From NCBI GenBank assembly GCA_951406725.2, contig OX597824.1:8184001-8248000 (forward strand): a stretch of DNA of 64,000 nt, written 5' to 3'. A program made the position numbers and the translations under genes. The DNA comes from Octopus vulgaris (lineage: Eukaryota). Below the pieces are notes generated by a model. That model saw only the letters and a program-made list of their open reading frames with translations, did not search any database and was not told where the DNA came from. The stretch's first letter is position 1, and each line of letters opens with the position of its first letter. Shown here piece after piece: positions 40,531 to 53,786 of this stretch.

Positions 40531-41138
40531 CACAGACACCACACTGCTTTTGTTAAACACCCTTTCATATAAACTTGTTAAAGTCAAATGCTGCAATATT
40601 AAAACCGCCGCCGTTGCCGCCACCAGCGTCACTCTCCGAAAGAAACAATTTTTTTTCTTGGAACTTTTTATATTAACAGAAAAATCTTCCAATAATTAAC
40701 GAATCAAATCCACACCCACCCTCAAAAACATCATCATCATCATCATCATTACTACTACCAATGCAGAACAGACAGACTGTGAAATAAATTTGAAAACCAT
40801 TCTTATGTCAATTATTGAAACAGAAAGTGAAACTACAAAGAGAGGAAGAGAAAGAGACAGAGCTACCTAAAAGTATTATTACAGACTATTCATTACATTT
40901 CAGAACAAAAATGGCCAATTCCACCCCCGCCCCAACAGAAGCAAATTAAATGAATATATAAAATAGATATATATAAACAGACCAAGTCAACATGAAGCTA
41001 CTAGTGTTGTGTGCTCAACTTCAGTAACGTTAGACACAACACACACACTCTCCCTCAAATTTTTTCAGTGTCTTACCCCAAGTATTTTACATATGACAGG
41101 TTCTGCTTTCTTGAATTTTATATATATATATATATATA

Positions 41139-41440
41139 TGGAGGCGCAAAGGCCCAGTGGTTAGAGTAGCAGGACTCGCGGTCGTAGGATCGCAGTTTCA
41201 ATTCCCAGACCGGGCGTTGTCAGTGTTTATTGAGGGAAAACACCTAAAGCTCCACGAGGCTCCGGCAAGGGGTGGTGGTGATCCCTGCTGTACTCTTTCG
41301 CCACAACTTTCTCTCACTCTTTCTTCTGTTGGCCTGCTCGCTTAGCCTGCGGGATGGCGTCATTTGAAGACTAAAACCATGCGAAGCGCATTGTGACCAG
41401 CGATGTGTAGCAACATCTGAAAGCCTGGTCGGTCACGGTG
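41139..41440 (+). mobile_element. tRNA-derived SINE family H inserted in a (TA)n tract
   Basis: GGAGGCGCAAAGGCCCAGTGGTTAGAGTAGC head; flanked by (TA)n on both sides. Confidence 0.82.
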
Positions 41441-41443
41441 ATA

Positions 41444-41482
<39 letters not shown>

Positions 41483-41483
<1 letters not shown>

Positions 41484-43270
41484 TGCAAACATAGCTGTGT
41501 GGTAAGAAGCTTCCCAACCTCATGTTTCAGGGTTCAAACCCACTGTGTGACGCCTTAGACAAGTGTCTTCTATTACAGCCTCAGGCTGACCAACGCTGTG
41601 AGTAGATTTGGTAGGCAGAAACTGAAAGAAGCCCATCGTGTGTGTGTCCACCTTCACCACTTAACAACCAGTGTTGGTGTGTTTACATCTCAGTAACTTA
41701 GTGGTTTGGCAAAAGAGACCAATAGAATAAATACCAGGCTTCAAAAGAAAAAAAAACAAGGTTCTGGGGTCAATTCATCCAACTAAAAATTCAAGGTGGT
41801 GCCCCAGCATGGCCACATCAAATGACTGAAACAAGTTAAAAGATATGTATGTAGAATATTTTTATTCCCAAAATCCTTTCTAGGCGCAGACATGGCTGTG
41901 AGGTTAAGATGTTCACTTTGCAGCCATGTGGTTGCAGGTTCAGTCCCACTGCTTGGCACTTTGGGCAAGGATCTTCTACAACTGCCTGGGGCCAACAATG
42001 CTTTGAAAATGAATCTAACAGACAGAAACAGGATGGAAGCCTGTCATTATATATTTGTGTGCGTCTTTGTGTTTGCCCCTGGCAACCAGTGTTGGTTTGT
42101 CTACATCCTCGTAACTTAGCAGTTCAGTAGAAGAGAACGATAGAATAAGTACCCAACTAGAAATTTACTAGGGGGGTCGATTAGTTCAACTGACCCCACG
42201 AATGCAGTGTCCCAATGACTGAAACAAGTGAAAGATAAAATAAAAGATATGAATTTTAAAATAATACTAAAAGACAAAGACAAAAAAAAATGGTTGTGTG
42301 GTTTAACCCCTTCTTTACCATATTTCTGGTGAAATACACTCCCATTTTTTTTTCAATTAATTTTGAAAATACAAAACAAAACATTAAATAACCCTAAAAT
42401 TATTCAGCTGGGGATTGAAACATAAATTAATGCGAAATTTTAATGGAAATTTTAAATTAGATTACTTTAAATTGGGAAATTTGAATCATAGGACCAAGGG
42501 CAGTTCCAGGTGGGTTGGTGTCTAAAGGGTTAAGGAGTTGGCTCTGTAGCCATGTGATCCTAAGTTCAGTCCCACTAGGTGACACCCTGCAAATGTATTT
42601 GACTACAGCCTCGTGTTGACCAATGCCTGTAAGTGAGAAACGTGTGAGATCCCTTGTGTGTGTCAGGCCTGTGCCATTTGACAACTGGTGCTGGTTTGTT
42701 TTGTGTCCCTGTAACTTAGCAAGTTTGACAAAAGGGGTCCAACAAAGTAGCGAGCTTAAAAATAAGTAAATAAGTACCGGGGGTGAGGGGATGACTGATT
42801 AAAACCTTCAGGACTGGAACCCCCAGAATGGTTGAAGTCCAAGGACTGAAGGAAAGCAAATAAAGGAATAAACATTCTTTCAAGGGCACACGCATGGCTG
42901 TGAGGTAAGAGTTTTGCTCCCCAACCACACAGTTCCGGGTTCAGTCCCACTGTGTGGCACCTTGGGCAAGTGTCTTCTACTGTAGTACCAGATCAGCCAA
43001 AGCCTGGTGAGTGAATTTGATAGGCAGAAACTGAAAGAAGCTTATATGTGTGTATGTTTGTACCCCACCCCTACAACCACTTGACAACTGCTGTTGGTTT
43101 GTTTACATCCCTGTAACTTAGTGGTTCAGCAAAAATTTTTTTAAAAGTACCAGATTTTCAAAAAAACAAAAAAAAATGCATTGGGACTCAATTTACTCAA
43201 CTAAACCCCTTTAAGTCAGTGCCTCAGCATGGCTGCAGTCTAATGAGTGAAGAAAGTAAACGATAGAAGA
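41483..43270 (+). mobile_element. Run of four family A SINEs (41483-41840, 41882-42240, about 42535-42860, 42885-43270) plus a family C MITE (about 42303-42533)
   Basis: Repeated GCTGTG.GGT.AAG heads and CAGCATGGC tails. Confidence 0.8.
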
Positions 43271-44104
43271 TACAGAATGTTGGAGAAACCATTCTTTGTG
43301 GCCACACACACACACACACACAGAAACCATGATTGAAAAGTGTGACTTCAGAAACGAAAATAGATAAATGAAGGGACAAGGCAACAACCTACAATTAACA
43401 TTCTGAAGACACTGCCAATTTAATACAAATTGCCTGCTCTGAACATCTTAATCAAACGAACAAAGCGTTCTGTAATTAATTCAGATCTCTCAAAGAATTC
43501 CACTTTATTTTTTAATTGAACTTTCCAAAACCAAATTCACAAGAAATTGTGTAAAAATAATTATCACTAATACAGCTAATTCTAATTAATTCCAATTACC
43601 AACAATTGCATTATTGCTCAAGTTAATGATTCAATATTTATCACCAACAAGAACAGACTATTTTGGGCCGAAAGAACTGACTATAATAGCATTATCCTGT
43701 TGCAAAGAACAGAAAAATTTCCGAGTTTTTGAGCTCAAAAAGAAAACATTTTACATAGGAGCTGAAATTAGTTGACATTCTACAAATTCAAAAATTACAT
43801 TTTTCCTGATTTGCTATGCTAGCATAGGTTACATGAATATATTATTGGTGCAACAGCTTTGCAGCTAGATGCCCTTTCTGTTTCAAGAAGAAGGCCTCTT
43901 TTTCCATCCAGCCTTGAAAGTACAGAACCAGCAAATGATTTGCTTGTCAGAGGAAATGACAGCAATGATATCAATCATAGTCTTGGGAAGCACAAATGTA
44001 AATAAACACATAGACATCATCATGGTTTAACGTCCACCTTCCATTCATTCCGTACAGTGGGACTGAACCCAAAACCACATGGTTATGAAATGAACTTAAC
44101 CAAT

Positions 44105-44470
44105 AGGCGCAAGAGTGGCTGTGTGGTAAGTAGCTTGCCTACCAACTACATGGTTCTGGGTTCAGTCCTACTGTGTGGCACTTTGGGCAAGTGTCTTCTA
44201 CTATAGCCTTGGGCCAAACAAAGCCTTGTGAGTGGATTTGGTAGACGGAAACTGAAAGAAGCCTGTCATGTGTGCTTGGGCTTGTCCCCCCACCATCGCT
44301 TGACAACCGATGTTGGTGTGTTTACATCCTCGTGACTTAGCAGTTCAGCAAAAGAGACCAGTAGAATAAGTACTGGGCTTACAAAGAATAAGTCCTGGGG
44401 AGGGTCGATTTATTTGACTAAAAGAGGTGCTCCAGCATGGCCACAGTCAAATAACTATAACAAACAAAAG
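44105..44470 (+). mobile_element. SINE family A, full length
   Basis: AGGCGCAAGAGTGGCTGTGTGGTAAG...CCAGCATGGCCACAGTCAAAT. Confidence 0.88.
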
Positions 44471-44965
44471 TATACATCCATATTCTACACCGAGACGCTT
44501 GTACAATTTATGACCAGTTAAATGTAACATTCTACAACCAACAGTTACGTAATTACTGCAATCATCCCTGGTGTATTACTGCTATTACATTTAATGACCT
44601 CTCCTCAACTTCAGTGATAACTATTCAGTCATTAACAAGAGACACACCATACCAGTAAGAGATATTATGGAGAAAATGATTCCAGTCTCCAAGAACGGTC
44701 AGACTAACTAAATGGAATCCCCATCACAACTTCTTGATATTATTTCTCCAAGAATTATTCACATTCACCGATTACCACTATTCACTGTTTTAGTGAGAAC
44801 CTCCTGTTTATACATTCATAATGTCATTACATATAATAGAGAGAACCGGTAGTATAGAAGTTTGGGGTTTATCCCAAACCATACCAATCTCAAATACTCT
44901 GTTTTATGTTGAAACCAGCCACATCCAGCCTCTCACACCTACCTTACAATTTCATTTTTAAACAT

Positions 44966-45072
44966 TGTTAACAATGTTTTGGCTGGTATATCCTCCAGCC
45001 TTCATCAGGTGTCTTGGGAAAATTTCGAACCTGGATTCACATTCCTAAGGTATTTTTCGATATTATTATTAC

Positions 45073-45112
<40 letters not shown>

Positions 45113-45288
45113 AACATTAAATGAGGACTTAGGAATGAGAACCCAAGTTCGAAATTTCCCCAAGACACCTGATGAGGGCTGGAGGGTATATCAGCCGAAA
45201 CGTTGTGTTAACAACAAACAAGATGAGGACAAATATCCATCAAATGTAAATAATGTACATAATTCCTCATCTCTTAAATAACAGAACT
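44966..45288. mobile_element. Family F inverted pair around (TTA)n, nested in a family G MITE (about 44865-45374)
   Basis: 44972-45048 is the reverse complement of 45128-45205; MITE G halves flank it. Confidence 0.78.
45164..45209 (+). ncRNA. Minimal type-I hammerhead motif (family F, best-preserved copy)
   Basis: GACAC-CUGAUGA-G-GGCUGG(AGGGUAUA)UCAGCC-GAAAC-GUU-GUGUU; palindromic AACGUU in place of stem III. Confidence 0.62.
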
Positions 45289-46227
45289 ATATAAGATAAT
45301 ATATGTTCAATTCAAAACAACGTAAATATAAGCATTACATTTGACAGAGTTATCTGAATGCTATAAAGGGTTAATTTCAATTCAAACCTTTTAAATGAGG
45401 TTTAAATCAGTAATCCATAAACCCGCAAACTAATTCTATCCTTTCACTAAATCAAGCCACAGGATTTACAAAATCACAACTGGAATCCTGTTCTTTGGAA
45501 ATTCACTTGATTTAATAACCTCCATCAATTTCTTCGGATATCCATGATGAATTCCGTTCGACTTCTATCCATTTCTATTCTCCAGACTGAACTCCCTCGA
45601 GATGCCATCACAACCAATATCCAAACTGATAAATAATAGTTGCCAATTTAAGCAACGGACCCGGCTTTAATATTCCTCATCATAACTTACCTATAATCCA
45701 TAAACAAATGGCTTATAACCACGAGTAGATATTTAACACAGCTTGGAATTACCACTTAATTAAATCACGCTTTACGTAAGGAATATCGACAATGGAAATA
45801 ACTATGCTTTGTTTTTAAGAGACTTACCACTGTAGCACCAGAAAAGACAAAAGAGGAGAGAGGAATAATCAATACAACGTTCTCAGAGAACATAAATATC
45901 TAAATTTGAATAACAGCCACAGCATGGAAGACCTACAGTAGCTGTTTAAAAACACACAACTCAACTTCACTTAAACATTTATCATCTGGTGTCAGTGACC
46001 AGGTCACAGTTAGCGTGATGAGAATTTTGACATCAAACAATAAATGTTTAAATGAAGTTAAGCCTTTGTGTGCTACTGAATGGCTAATAGGCATCTTCTC
46101 TGCTGTGATTGTTTTGGGTTCCAAACAGTCTCAGATCAAATTACTTACCAGGCAAATACATCAAAATTTGAATATAGATATCTTAATTTATAAAAACCTT
46201 TTTTATTTCTGCAACCATAGAAAAATA

Positions 46228-46638
46228 GGATGTGGCTGTGTGGTAAGTAGCTTGTTTACCAACCACGTGATTCTGGGTTCAGTCCCACTGCGTGGCACCT
46301 TGGGCAAGTGTCTTCTACTATAGCCACGGGCCAACCAAAGCCTTGTGAGTGGATTTGGTAGACAGAAACTGAAAGAAGCCCGTTGTATATATATATACAT
46401 ACATATGTATATGTGAGTGTGTATGTTTGTGAGTCTGTGTTTGTCCCCCCAACATCGTTTGACAACCGATGCTGGTGTGTTTACATCATCGTAACTTAGC
46501 GGTTCAGCAAAAGAGACTGATAGAATAAATACTAAGCTTACAAAGAATAAGTCCTGAGGTCGATTTGCTCGACTAAAGGCAGTGCTCCAGCATGGCCATT
46601 CAAATTACTGAAACAAGTAAAAGAGTAAAAAAGAGTAA
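46228..46638 (+). mobile_element. SINE family A, full length
   Basis: Family consensus match ending (GTAAAAGA)n. Confidence 0.9.
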
Positions 46639-47699
46639 ACAAGTATTCTTTTATGTTTCGGGTTTTCTTTTTTTCAGTGGCCATGCTGGAGTAAAAGCAT
46701 GAAAGTTTTAATCGATCAAATCAACCCGTGCTTGGTATGTACTTATTCTAGGTTTTTTACTAAATGTTGTTACAGGGACGTAAACAAACCAACTTAACAA
46801 ATCCCGGTATTAGTAGAATTTATTTGATGCAGTCATTAACATAAGCACAAAAACCATGACATAGTTTAAATCCGAGGTGGACTTTACCTCTCTTTCTTCC
46901 AGCATTGATAAAATTAATCATCAAGCATATACTGAGATCAACATAACGAACTAAGCCCCTCTCCTCAAAATCATTAGCCTTATTCTCTTATATTAGAAAT
47001 ATAGGTCAGTCAGCAATTTTTCACAAACTCCACCAAATTAATTCCAGCACATGAAGGCATTTCACAAAAACTTGTTACTTTAAAATCTACAAATTGAAGT
47101 GACAAATACAATTTATTTTTATCAAATCATTCTTAAAAGAAATGCTAACAAAATGGGTTTTCTTTGCAAGTGGGGGGAGGGGTAAACAGTGAAGGAGAAT
47201 TCTAATTTAATGCCATTATCCAAGTTGCAAGGTATGTATTTAAAATTTGAATGTTTTGACAGAAATGCTACAAAATGTACTTTAAATAATCTTGAGTATT
47301 TTGTATAAAAACATCAAAACGGCATACAATAAAATAATTATAATCATTAACTTAATTAATGCCATAAATTAAGGAGGTTAATCAATACCATCAATGCTCA
47401 TATTTGCTGGTACTTTATTTTATCAACCTCGGGGAGACAACAGTACTGCTGACTTCAAGATTTGAACCGTGAACAAAGAATCACAACAAATATCACGGGG
47501 CATTCTGTCTGCAACTCTTCCAACTCGCCACCTTACAATAAAACATCATCATCATCTAACAGAACAGAAATCAAGAGATTCAGACGAAATGCCCCAAATA
47601 AGGGTCAATTATGTATCAGATTAGGGAATGCGATTGATATAAGACCCATTATCTAATGCAATTAACCCTTCTCTCGACAACCCCATCCTTACATTCATT

Positions 47700-47935
47700 T
47701 ACTCTTTTACTCGTTACTCTTTTACTTGTTTCAGTCATTTGACTGCGGCCATGCTGGAGCACCGCCTTTAGTCAAGCAAATCGACCCCGGGACTTATTCT
47801 TTTGTAAGCCCAGTACTTATTCTATCGGCTTTTTTTTTTTTTTGCCGAACCGCTAAGTGACGGGGATGTAAACACACCAGCATCGGTTGTCAAGCAATGC
47901 TAGAGGAACAAACACAGAGACACAAACATATACAT

Positions 47936-47992
<57 letters not shown>

Positions 47993-48155
47993 CGACAGGC
48001 TTCTTTCAGTTTCCGTCTACCAAATCCACTCACAAGGCTTTGGTCGGCCCGAGGCTATAGCAGAAGACACTTGCCCAAGGTGCCACGCAGTGGGACTGAA
48101 CCCAGAACCATGTGGTTGGTTAGCAAGCTACTTACCACACAGCCACTCCTGCGCC
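47700..48155 (-). mobile_element. SINE family A, full length
   Basis: Reverse complement of 46228-46638. Confidence 0.9.
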
Positions 48156-48635
48156 TATTTCTATATTTTTAATTTTATTCCTGTGTATATATCAATCAAT
48201 AATTTGCTATTTATATACAAAAAAAAACTTAAGCCTGTTATTATTATTATTATTATAATAAACATACATCATTTTTATCATCACAAAACATTCATAATGA
48301 AAATGTTAAACGACAAAAACCAAAAAAAACTAAAACTCCTAAATTTAGTTTCCCATTAAAAGGCAGATATTTAAACCATCTCGTTTAAACCAAAGCAAAT
48401 ACGAGAGCAATTAATTTAAACATTTCAAATGAGCATTCATCATGTAGCCATGTGGCACCCATTTTATGTTTGCTTGCTTGGTTGGTTGTTTGTTTTTGTT
48501 TGTTTTTTTGCTTCTTTTTATATTTGTAACATATCAACCTTGAATAGACAAAGCAAACAGAGATGAACCATCAGGTTTCATTATATTTCACCACATTTCC
48601 ATGAAGCCTTCCTTTCTATCAAATTTAGTCAAATT

Positions 48636-48666
<31 letters not shown>

Positions 48667-49257
48667 AATAAAATTTATGATTAGAAAAAAAGAATGATTT
48701 TAGCTTATTTTTGGAAATTATCTTCCTCAAAGTTAGAATAACTTTCAATATGGAAATGTCAGTTTTAAAAAAAAAATTTTTTTTTTAAAAATAAATAAAT
48801 AAAGTTCATTTCAGACATCGGCAAAGAGGAAAATCCCACTCCTTTTAATGTTTACAAATGACAAGAAGTGCTTAGAAATTACAAACAATTCGCAAACATG
48901 ACATGAATTCAGAAAGAGGATGACACGGCTCTGAACTAACCCACCACATCAGGTTTTTTTAGGAAGTGGGTTTTTTTTGGGGGTTGCGTTTCGAAATGAA
49001 AGAAAAATAATTCACAAGTTTTATACATACAAGACAGCATAGATTTGACAACGGCAACAATAATCCAATAATCCCAATAACAAAAGTGGGGTTCAATGAA
49101 AGAATGCCTGGAAAGTTAAGCCAAGCGGGGAGAAAGGATAAGAAAAAAAAATTGAATTATGTATACACGTGTGTGTGTGTGTGTGTGTGTGTGTATACAC
49201 TAATGCAAAAATACTTCCACTTACATATACAGACATGCATATACATACACACATGCT

Positions 49258-49492
49258 ATATATATAATAATAAAATAATAAATAAAACATGCGTATATAC
49301 ATACATATATGTACAGACCTACATCTATATGTATATATACATGCATATATGGGTGTTTTCGTCTCTCATTGTGTTCTACGTTTTTTTGGTGTCCTGTACC
49401 CATATATGCATGTATATATACATATAGATGTAGGTATGTACATATATGTATGTACATATGCATATGTTTTATTTATTATTTTGCTATTATAT
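49258..49492. mobile_element. Truncated copy of the 54.7-kb family with an inverted terminal duplication
   Basis: 49258-49354 inverted against 49398-49492; 49355-49492 is the reverse complement of about 54661-54800. Confidence 0.75.
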
Positions 49493-49532
49493 GATTGAAC
49501 GCCACACATCCACTTCCAAGTATGCTATATAT

Positions 49533-49565
<33 letters not shown>

Positions 49566-50261
49566 GTGTGTATTGAATAATTTAGTAGATAAATAAATCT
49601 GAATGAGTCCACTTACATGCCAGCATACACAAACGAGATAGTGATCCAAAGCTACAAGTGGCTACTGTAATAGCAGCAGTAGCAGTGGTGATGGCAGCGG
49701 TGGCAGTGGTGGTGGTCGTGGTGGGGGGTGGAGACCTCATGAATGTCCTGAGCAATACCATAAGTAGTTACTGAATAATAAGAACATCTAATTGGAAGGT
49801 GGAAAAGGGGAGGGGCGAGAACTAAGAGCGTGGTGGGGAACAAGAGAGACAGAGAGAGAGAGAGAGAAAGAGAGAGAGATTAACTCTACTAAACTTACTA
49901 TGACTAAGTTGTTAGCTAACATCCTTGAAACTGCACAAGTGACTAGTTTCATAAGTGGTTAACAACCTTTTCACAAACATTTTTCAATGATATAAAATAT
50001 ATAAAACAAAAAAAAAAAATTTTTTTTTTTAATGCAAGAAAAACAAACTCATTAACAAAAACAATAGCAAATAACGAATATATAAAATATGTCCACTTTC
50101 TAAACAACAGCAGGACTGCTTGCTCATCACCGCTAATTTTCAAAAGAGTGGCACCTTGGGCAAGTGTCTTCTGTTACAAAATAAGGGTGGTGGGTTGTGG
50201 TGATTAAACAATGTCTTGTGAGTAAAATTTGAGAGATGAAAAATGTATTGGAGCCCGTCAC

Positions 50262-50306
<45 letters not shown>

Positions 50307-50307
<1 letters not shown>

Positions 50308-50689
50308 CAGCAGTATAGCCCAGCGTTGCTCGGGCTTGTTTTCTTTTAGACCCTTTAGAATTGGAATTTTTGAAAAGTAAATTTTGCATTGTGCAGCTTG
50401 TTATTCTCTTTAAGTGAACATTTTTCTGGTTGAAATACACTGAAAAATGGCAACACAGCAGTAAAAAGAAAATCATAAAAAATAGGGATTTTCATACAAA
50501 AAAAAGCACCTTTTTGATGTAAATAATTTTTGGTGTTAACATGGTCCGATTTGAATTTTATCTTCTACGGAAGGAAGAGCAAGCCTTCTTCTATCATACT
50601 CTCAATTTTGGTCAACTTGCACCGCAGGGTCTCAGAGGAGATAGTGTTAGTTGAAGGCTACCAAACCTGCCATACACAGACAACTTCAG

Positions 50690-50700
<11 letters not shown>
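50307..50700 (-). mobile_element. Non-autonomous Helitron inserted into the (TA)n of a decayed family A SINE
   Basis: Reverse complement of 5287-5674; hairpin plus CTGG end. Confidence 0.85.
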
Positions 50701-50740
<40 letters not shown>

Positions 50741-50962
50741 ATTGCTTGTTTTTTTTTATGTCAAGTTGTAAAAACAATTTGCTATGAAACTAAAGGAGTG
50801 TTCAGTACATTTAAGTATTATTTTACTATCTGATGTAGACAAGCAAGCCAAAAACTTCAAAGTCACTCTCAACCTTTTCCTTGTTAAAGTTAACAATCAT
50901 AAATAAATAAATGCATATATTCATACATGTGTAATAAACTGAGATTATTTAAGGCTAGAAGA

Positions 50963-51300
50963 GAAGCTGCATGGCGCAGTGGTTAGAGCGCCGAGCTTAC
51001 GATTGTGAGGTTGTGAGCTCAAATCCCGGACCGGGCTGCATGTTGTGTTCTTGAGCAAGACACTTTATTTCACGTTGCTCCAGTTCACTCAGCTGAAGAA
51101 ACAAGTTGCGACGTCACAGGTGCCATGCTGTATCGGCCCCTTTGCCTTTCCCTTGGGTAACACTGGCGGCGTGGAGAGGGGAGGCCAGTATGCATGGGCG
51201 ACTGCTGGTCTTCCATAAACAACCTTGCCTGGACTTGTGCCTGGGAGGGTAACATTCTAGGTGCAATCCCATGGTCTGTGTCGTGATCGAAGGGGGTCTC
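50963..51300 (+). mobile_element. tRNA-derived SINE with CORE-like body
   Basis: TGGCGCAGTGGTTAGAGCG A-box, GAGCTCAAATCCC B-box, TTGTGTTCTTGAGCAAGACACTT body. Confidence 0.82.
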
Positions 51301-52061
51301 AGATTGAAGGCTAGTTTATGAATAACTGTGGAAGACTTACGGAGGAAAGGGTCAAATTTGAAGTTAACGGATGAATTGATGGATGTATGGATGGAGGGAA
51401 CAGAGAAAGGGATAGATGTGTGTGTGCATACAGACACATGAATATATTTGGGTGTGGTAAATAGGGGTCAATAAAAGTAAAAGGAATCAATGTATCTAAC
51501 TCCTACAAAACAATGTCCCCATCATGGCTGCAGTCCCATGATTGCAATCAAAGGGGTAATAGAATACAGGTAGAATTAAGGGATTTTACATTTAAAAATA
51601 CTATGATGGAATCTTTTCACAAAACTGGCATTTCACTTTTATTATTCGTGAATTGAAATTTTATTCGCTATTTAGATTTTAAAAATAAACATTTTAAATT
51701 AACACAAGCAACTTGATACCTGATATTAATCCCAGTTAAACATGCATTCATCACACTACACTACACAGGTAAGATATTGCTGACATGTAGGTCATATGAC
51801 TTGGTAAGTTGCTTTTCAATAATTCAATGCTTTTGCAAGTGTCAATTTTCAAGCCTACTTAACACATTCAATAACATACCATCAGCTTAGTGACTGTCTC
51901 ATTACTGATTTGGTAAGTTCAGTAAAAATTTGTTTTACCGAGGAGGTCAAGTAAGACTGAAACACATACACAATTGTCTCCCATATAATTGTTTTAATGT
52001 CAACTTTCCCATGCTCACATGGGTTGGACTGAGTTTGTTAAAGTAGACTTTCTATGGATGG

Positions 52062-52915
52062 ATTGACACGTAAAAAGCACCATCTGAGCATGGCCAATAC
52101 CAGTGGCTAGCTGACTAGTCCCGTGCCGGTGGCATGTAAAAAGTACCGTTCGAGTGTGGTCATTGCCAGTGCCGCCTGACAAGCCCTCATGTCGGTGGCA
52201 CATAAAAAGCACCCACTACACTCTCGGAGTGGTCGGCATTAGGAAGGGCATCCAGCTGTAGAAACTTTGCCAGATTGAATTGGAGCCTGGTGCAGCCATC
52301 TGGTTTGCCAGCCCTCAGTCAAACCGTCCAACCCATGCCAGCATGGAAAGCTGACATTAAATAACAATGATGATGAACTGGACCAGTTTTTTTTTTGGGA
52401 AAGAAGGCAGCAATATAGTTACGGTAACCCCAGTGCATTACTGGGAGTATTTTTTTATTGACCAAGCATAGAGAAGAAAAATAACACCCAGTTCAATGAG
52501 GTTTGAACTCTACACTGATGAATATAAATGAAAATCTGTAAATTACACTTCTTTGAGAATCCTGACTAGAATTTATAGTTCTGGAAAATACACGTTTAAG
52601 AGAAAAGTAGGGCCTGCAATAACACATCCTAAAGAAATGGAAATCGACTTCCATGCTGGTGGCATGTAAAAAGTGCCAACCGATCATGGCTGTTGCCAGC
52701 CTTGTCTGGCCCATGTGCCAGTGGCACGTAAAAAGCACCCACTACACTCACAGAATGGTTGGTGTTAGGAAGGGCATCCAGCTGTAGAAACGCTGCCAGA
52801 TAGATCAGACTGGAGACTGGTGCAGCCTCCTGGCTTCCCAGACCCCAGTCGAACTGTCCAACCCACGCTAGCATGGAAAACGGACGTTAAACGATGATGA
52901 TGGTGATGATGATGA
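52062..52915 (+). mobile_element. Two family B copies (52062-52375, 52648-52915)
   Basis: Both end in TTAAA...(GAT)n. Confidence 0.8.
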
Positions 52916-53252
52916 CAGGATCAATACAGATAAGAGATATAGAACAACATGTTAACATGTTTCATAGCCTAATGTAAGCAAAATCGTTTCTAGATTATCA
53001 ATGCAGAGTGCAATGTGTCACAGAGCGAAGAGCAAATATCAAAAATATTTGATTTTCTTCAGGAATAAATAATTCATCAATGGATTTTTTTTTTTCTTTT
53101 AGAACAGCTTGTATACTGGAAAAGGTTTCATGGGGATATAGTAGTAATTTCCATCTCTTAGCAGTCGATTGGCGCTGTATCAAATTTTTCTTTTTCCAAC
53201 AGATCTCGTACCGCCTTTCCATTCGCCTATGAATTAATACGGTTCTACTTAC

Positions 53253-53284
53253 AAGCTGCCATCATCCATTCCAATCAAAGTCAT
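53253..53284 (-). CDS. Candidate first coding exon MTLIGMDDGS (phase 2)
   Basis: ATG at 53284 (also 53269), open to TT|GTAAGT in unique sequence. Confidence 0.3.
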
Positions 53285-53669
53285 CTTTTAACAGTCAAAT
53301 CCAATACGTAAGCTTACGTCTATCTGTGCAACAAAGATTTATCCTATCAATATAACTTTCAGAAATGCTTTATAATTCTTGTACTTCTTTTTGGTATGCT
53401 GCTAGTTTAAAACGCCGTATTTTTTGGAAAAAATCATGCGTTCTTAGATAGACCAGTTGGTAACAAAGTCATCGATAAATCCTTCAAAAGAGTTTAGGAA
53501 AATAAAACAGAATACAAAAGCATAGGAATTAAAATCACCAGTCTCTTGAAGTTTTGCGATCATCAATATCCATCAGTTCTAGATTTCAGACTAAAGTAGA
53601 GAACGAAATCTCCCAGGAGTGTAAGCAGGAAAGTAAAACAGCTAGAATCTGCTAGAACCAAGAATCTAA

Positions 53670-53671
<2 letters not shown>

Positions 53672-53744
<73 letters not shown>

Positions 53745-53786
53745 ATGATGATGATGATGATGATAATAATAATAATAATAATAATA
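53672..53786. repeat. (TG)n-(GAT)n-(AAT)n microsatellite
   Basis: Directly visible. Confidence 0.95.

Noticed and set aside
50963-51035. Possible tRNA genes (also at 20363 and 41139)
   Set aside because: A/B boxes continue into SINE bodies and there is no intact acceptor stem
52998-53460. Coding-looking minus-strand stretch (possible transposase relic)
   Set aside because: Several in-frame stops and no recognisable motif
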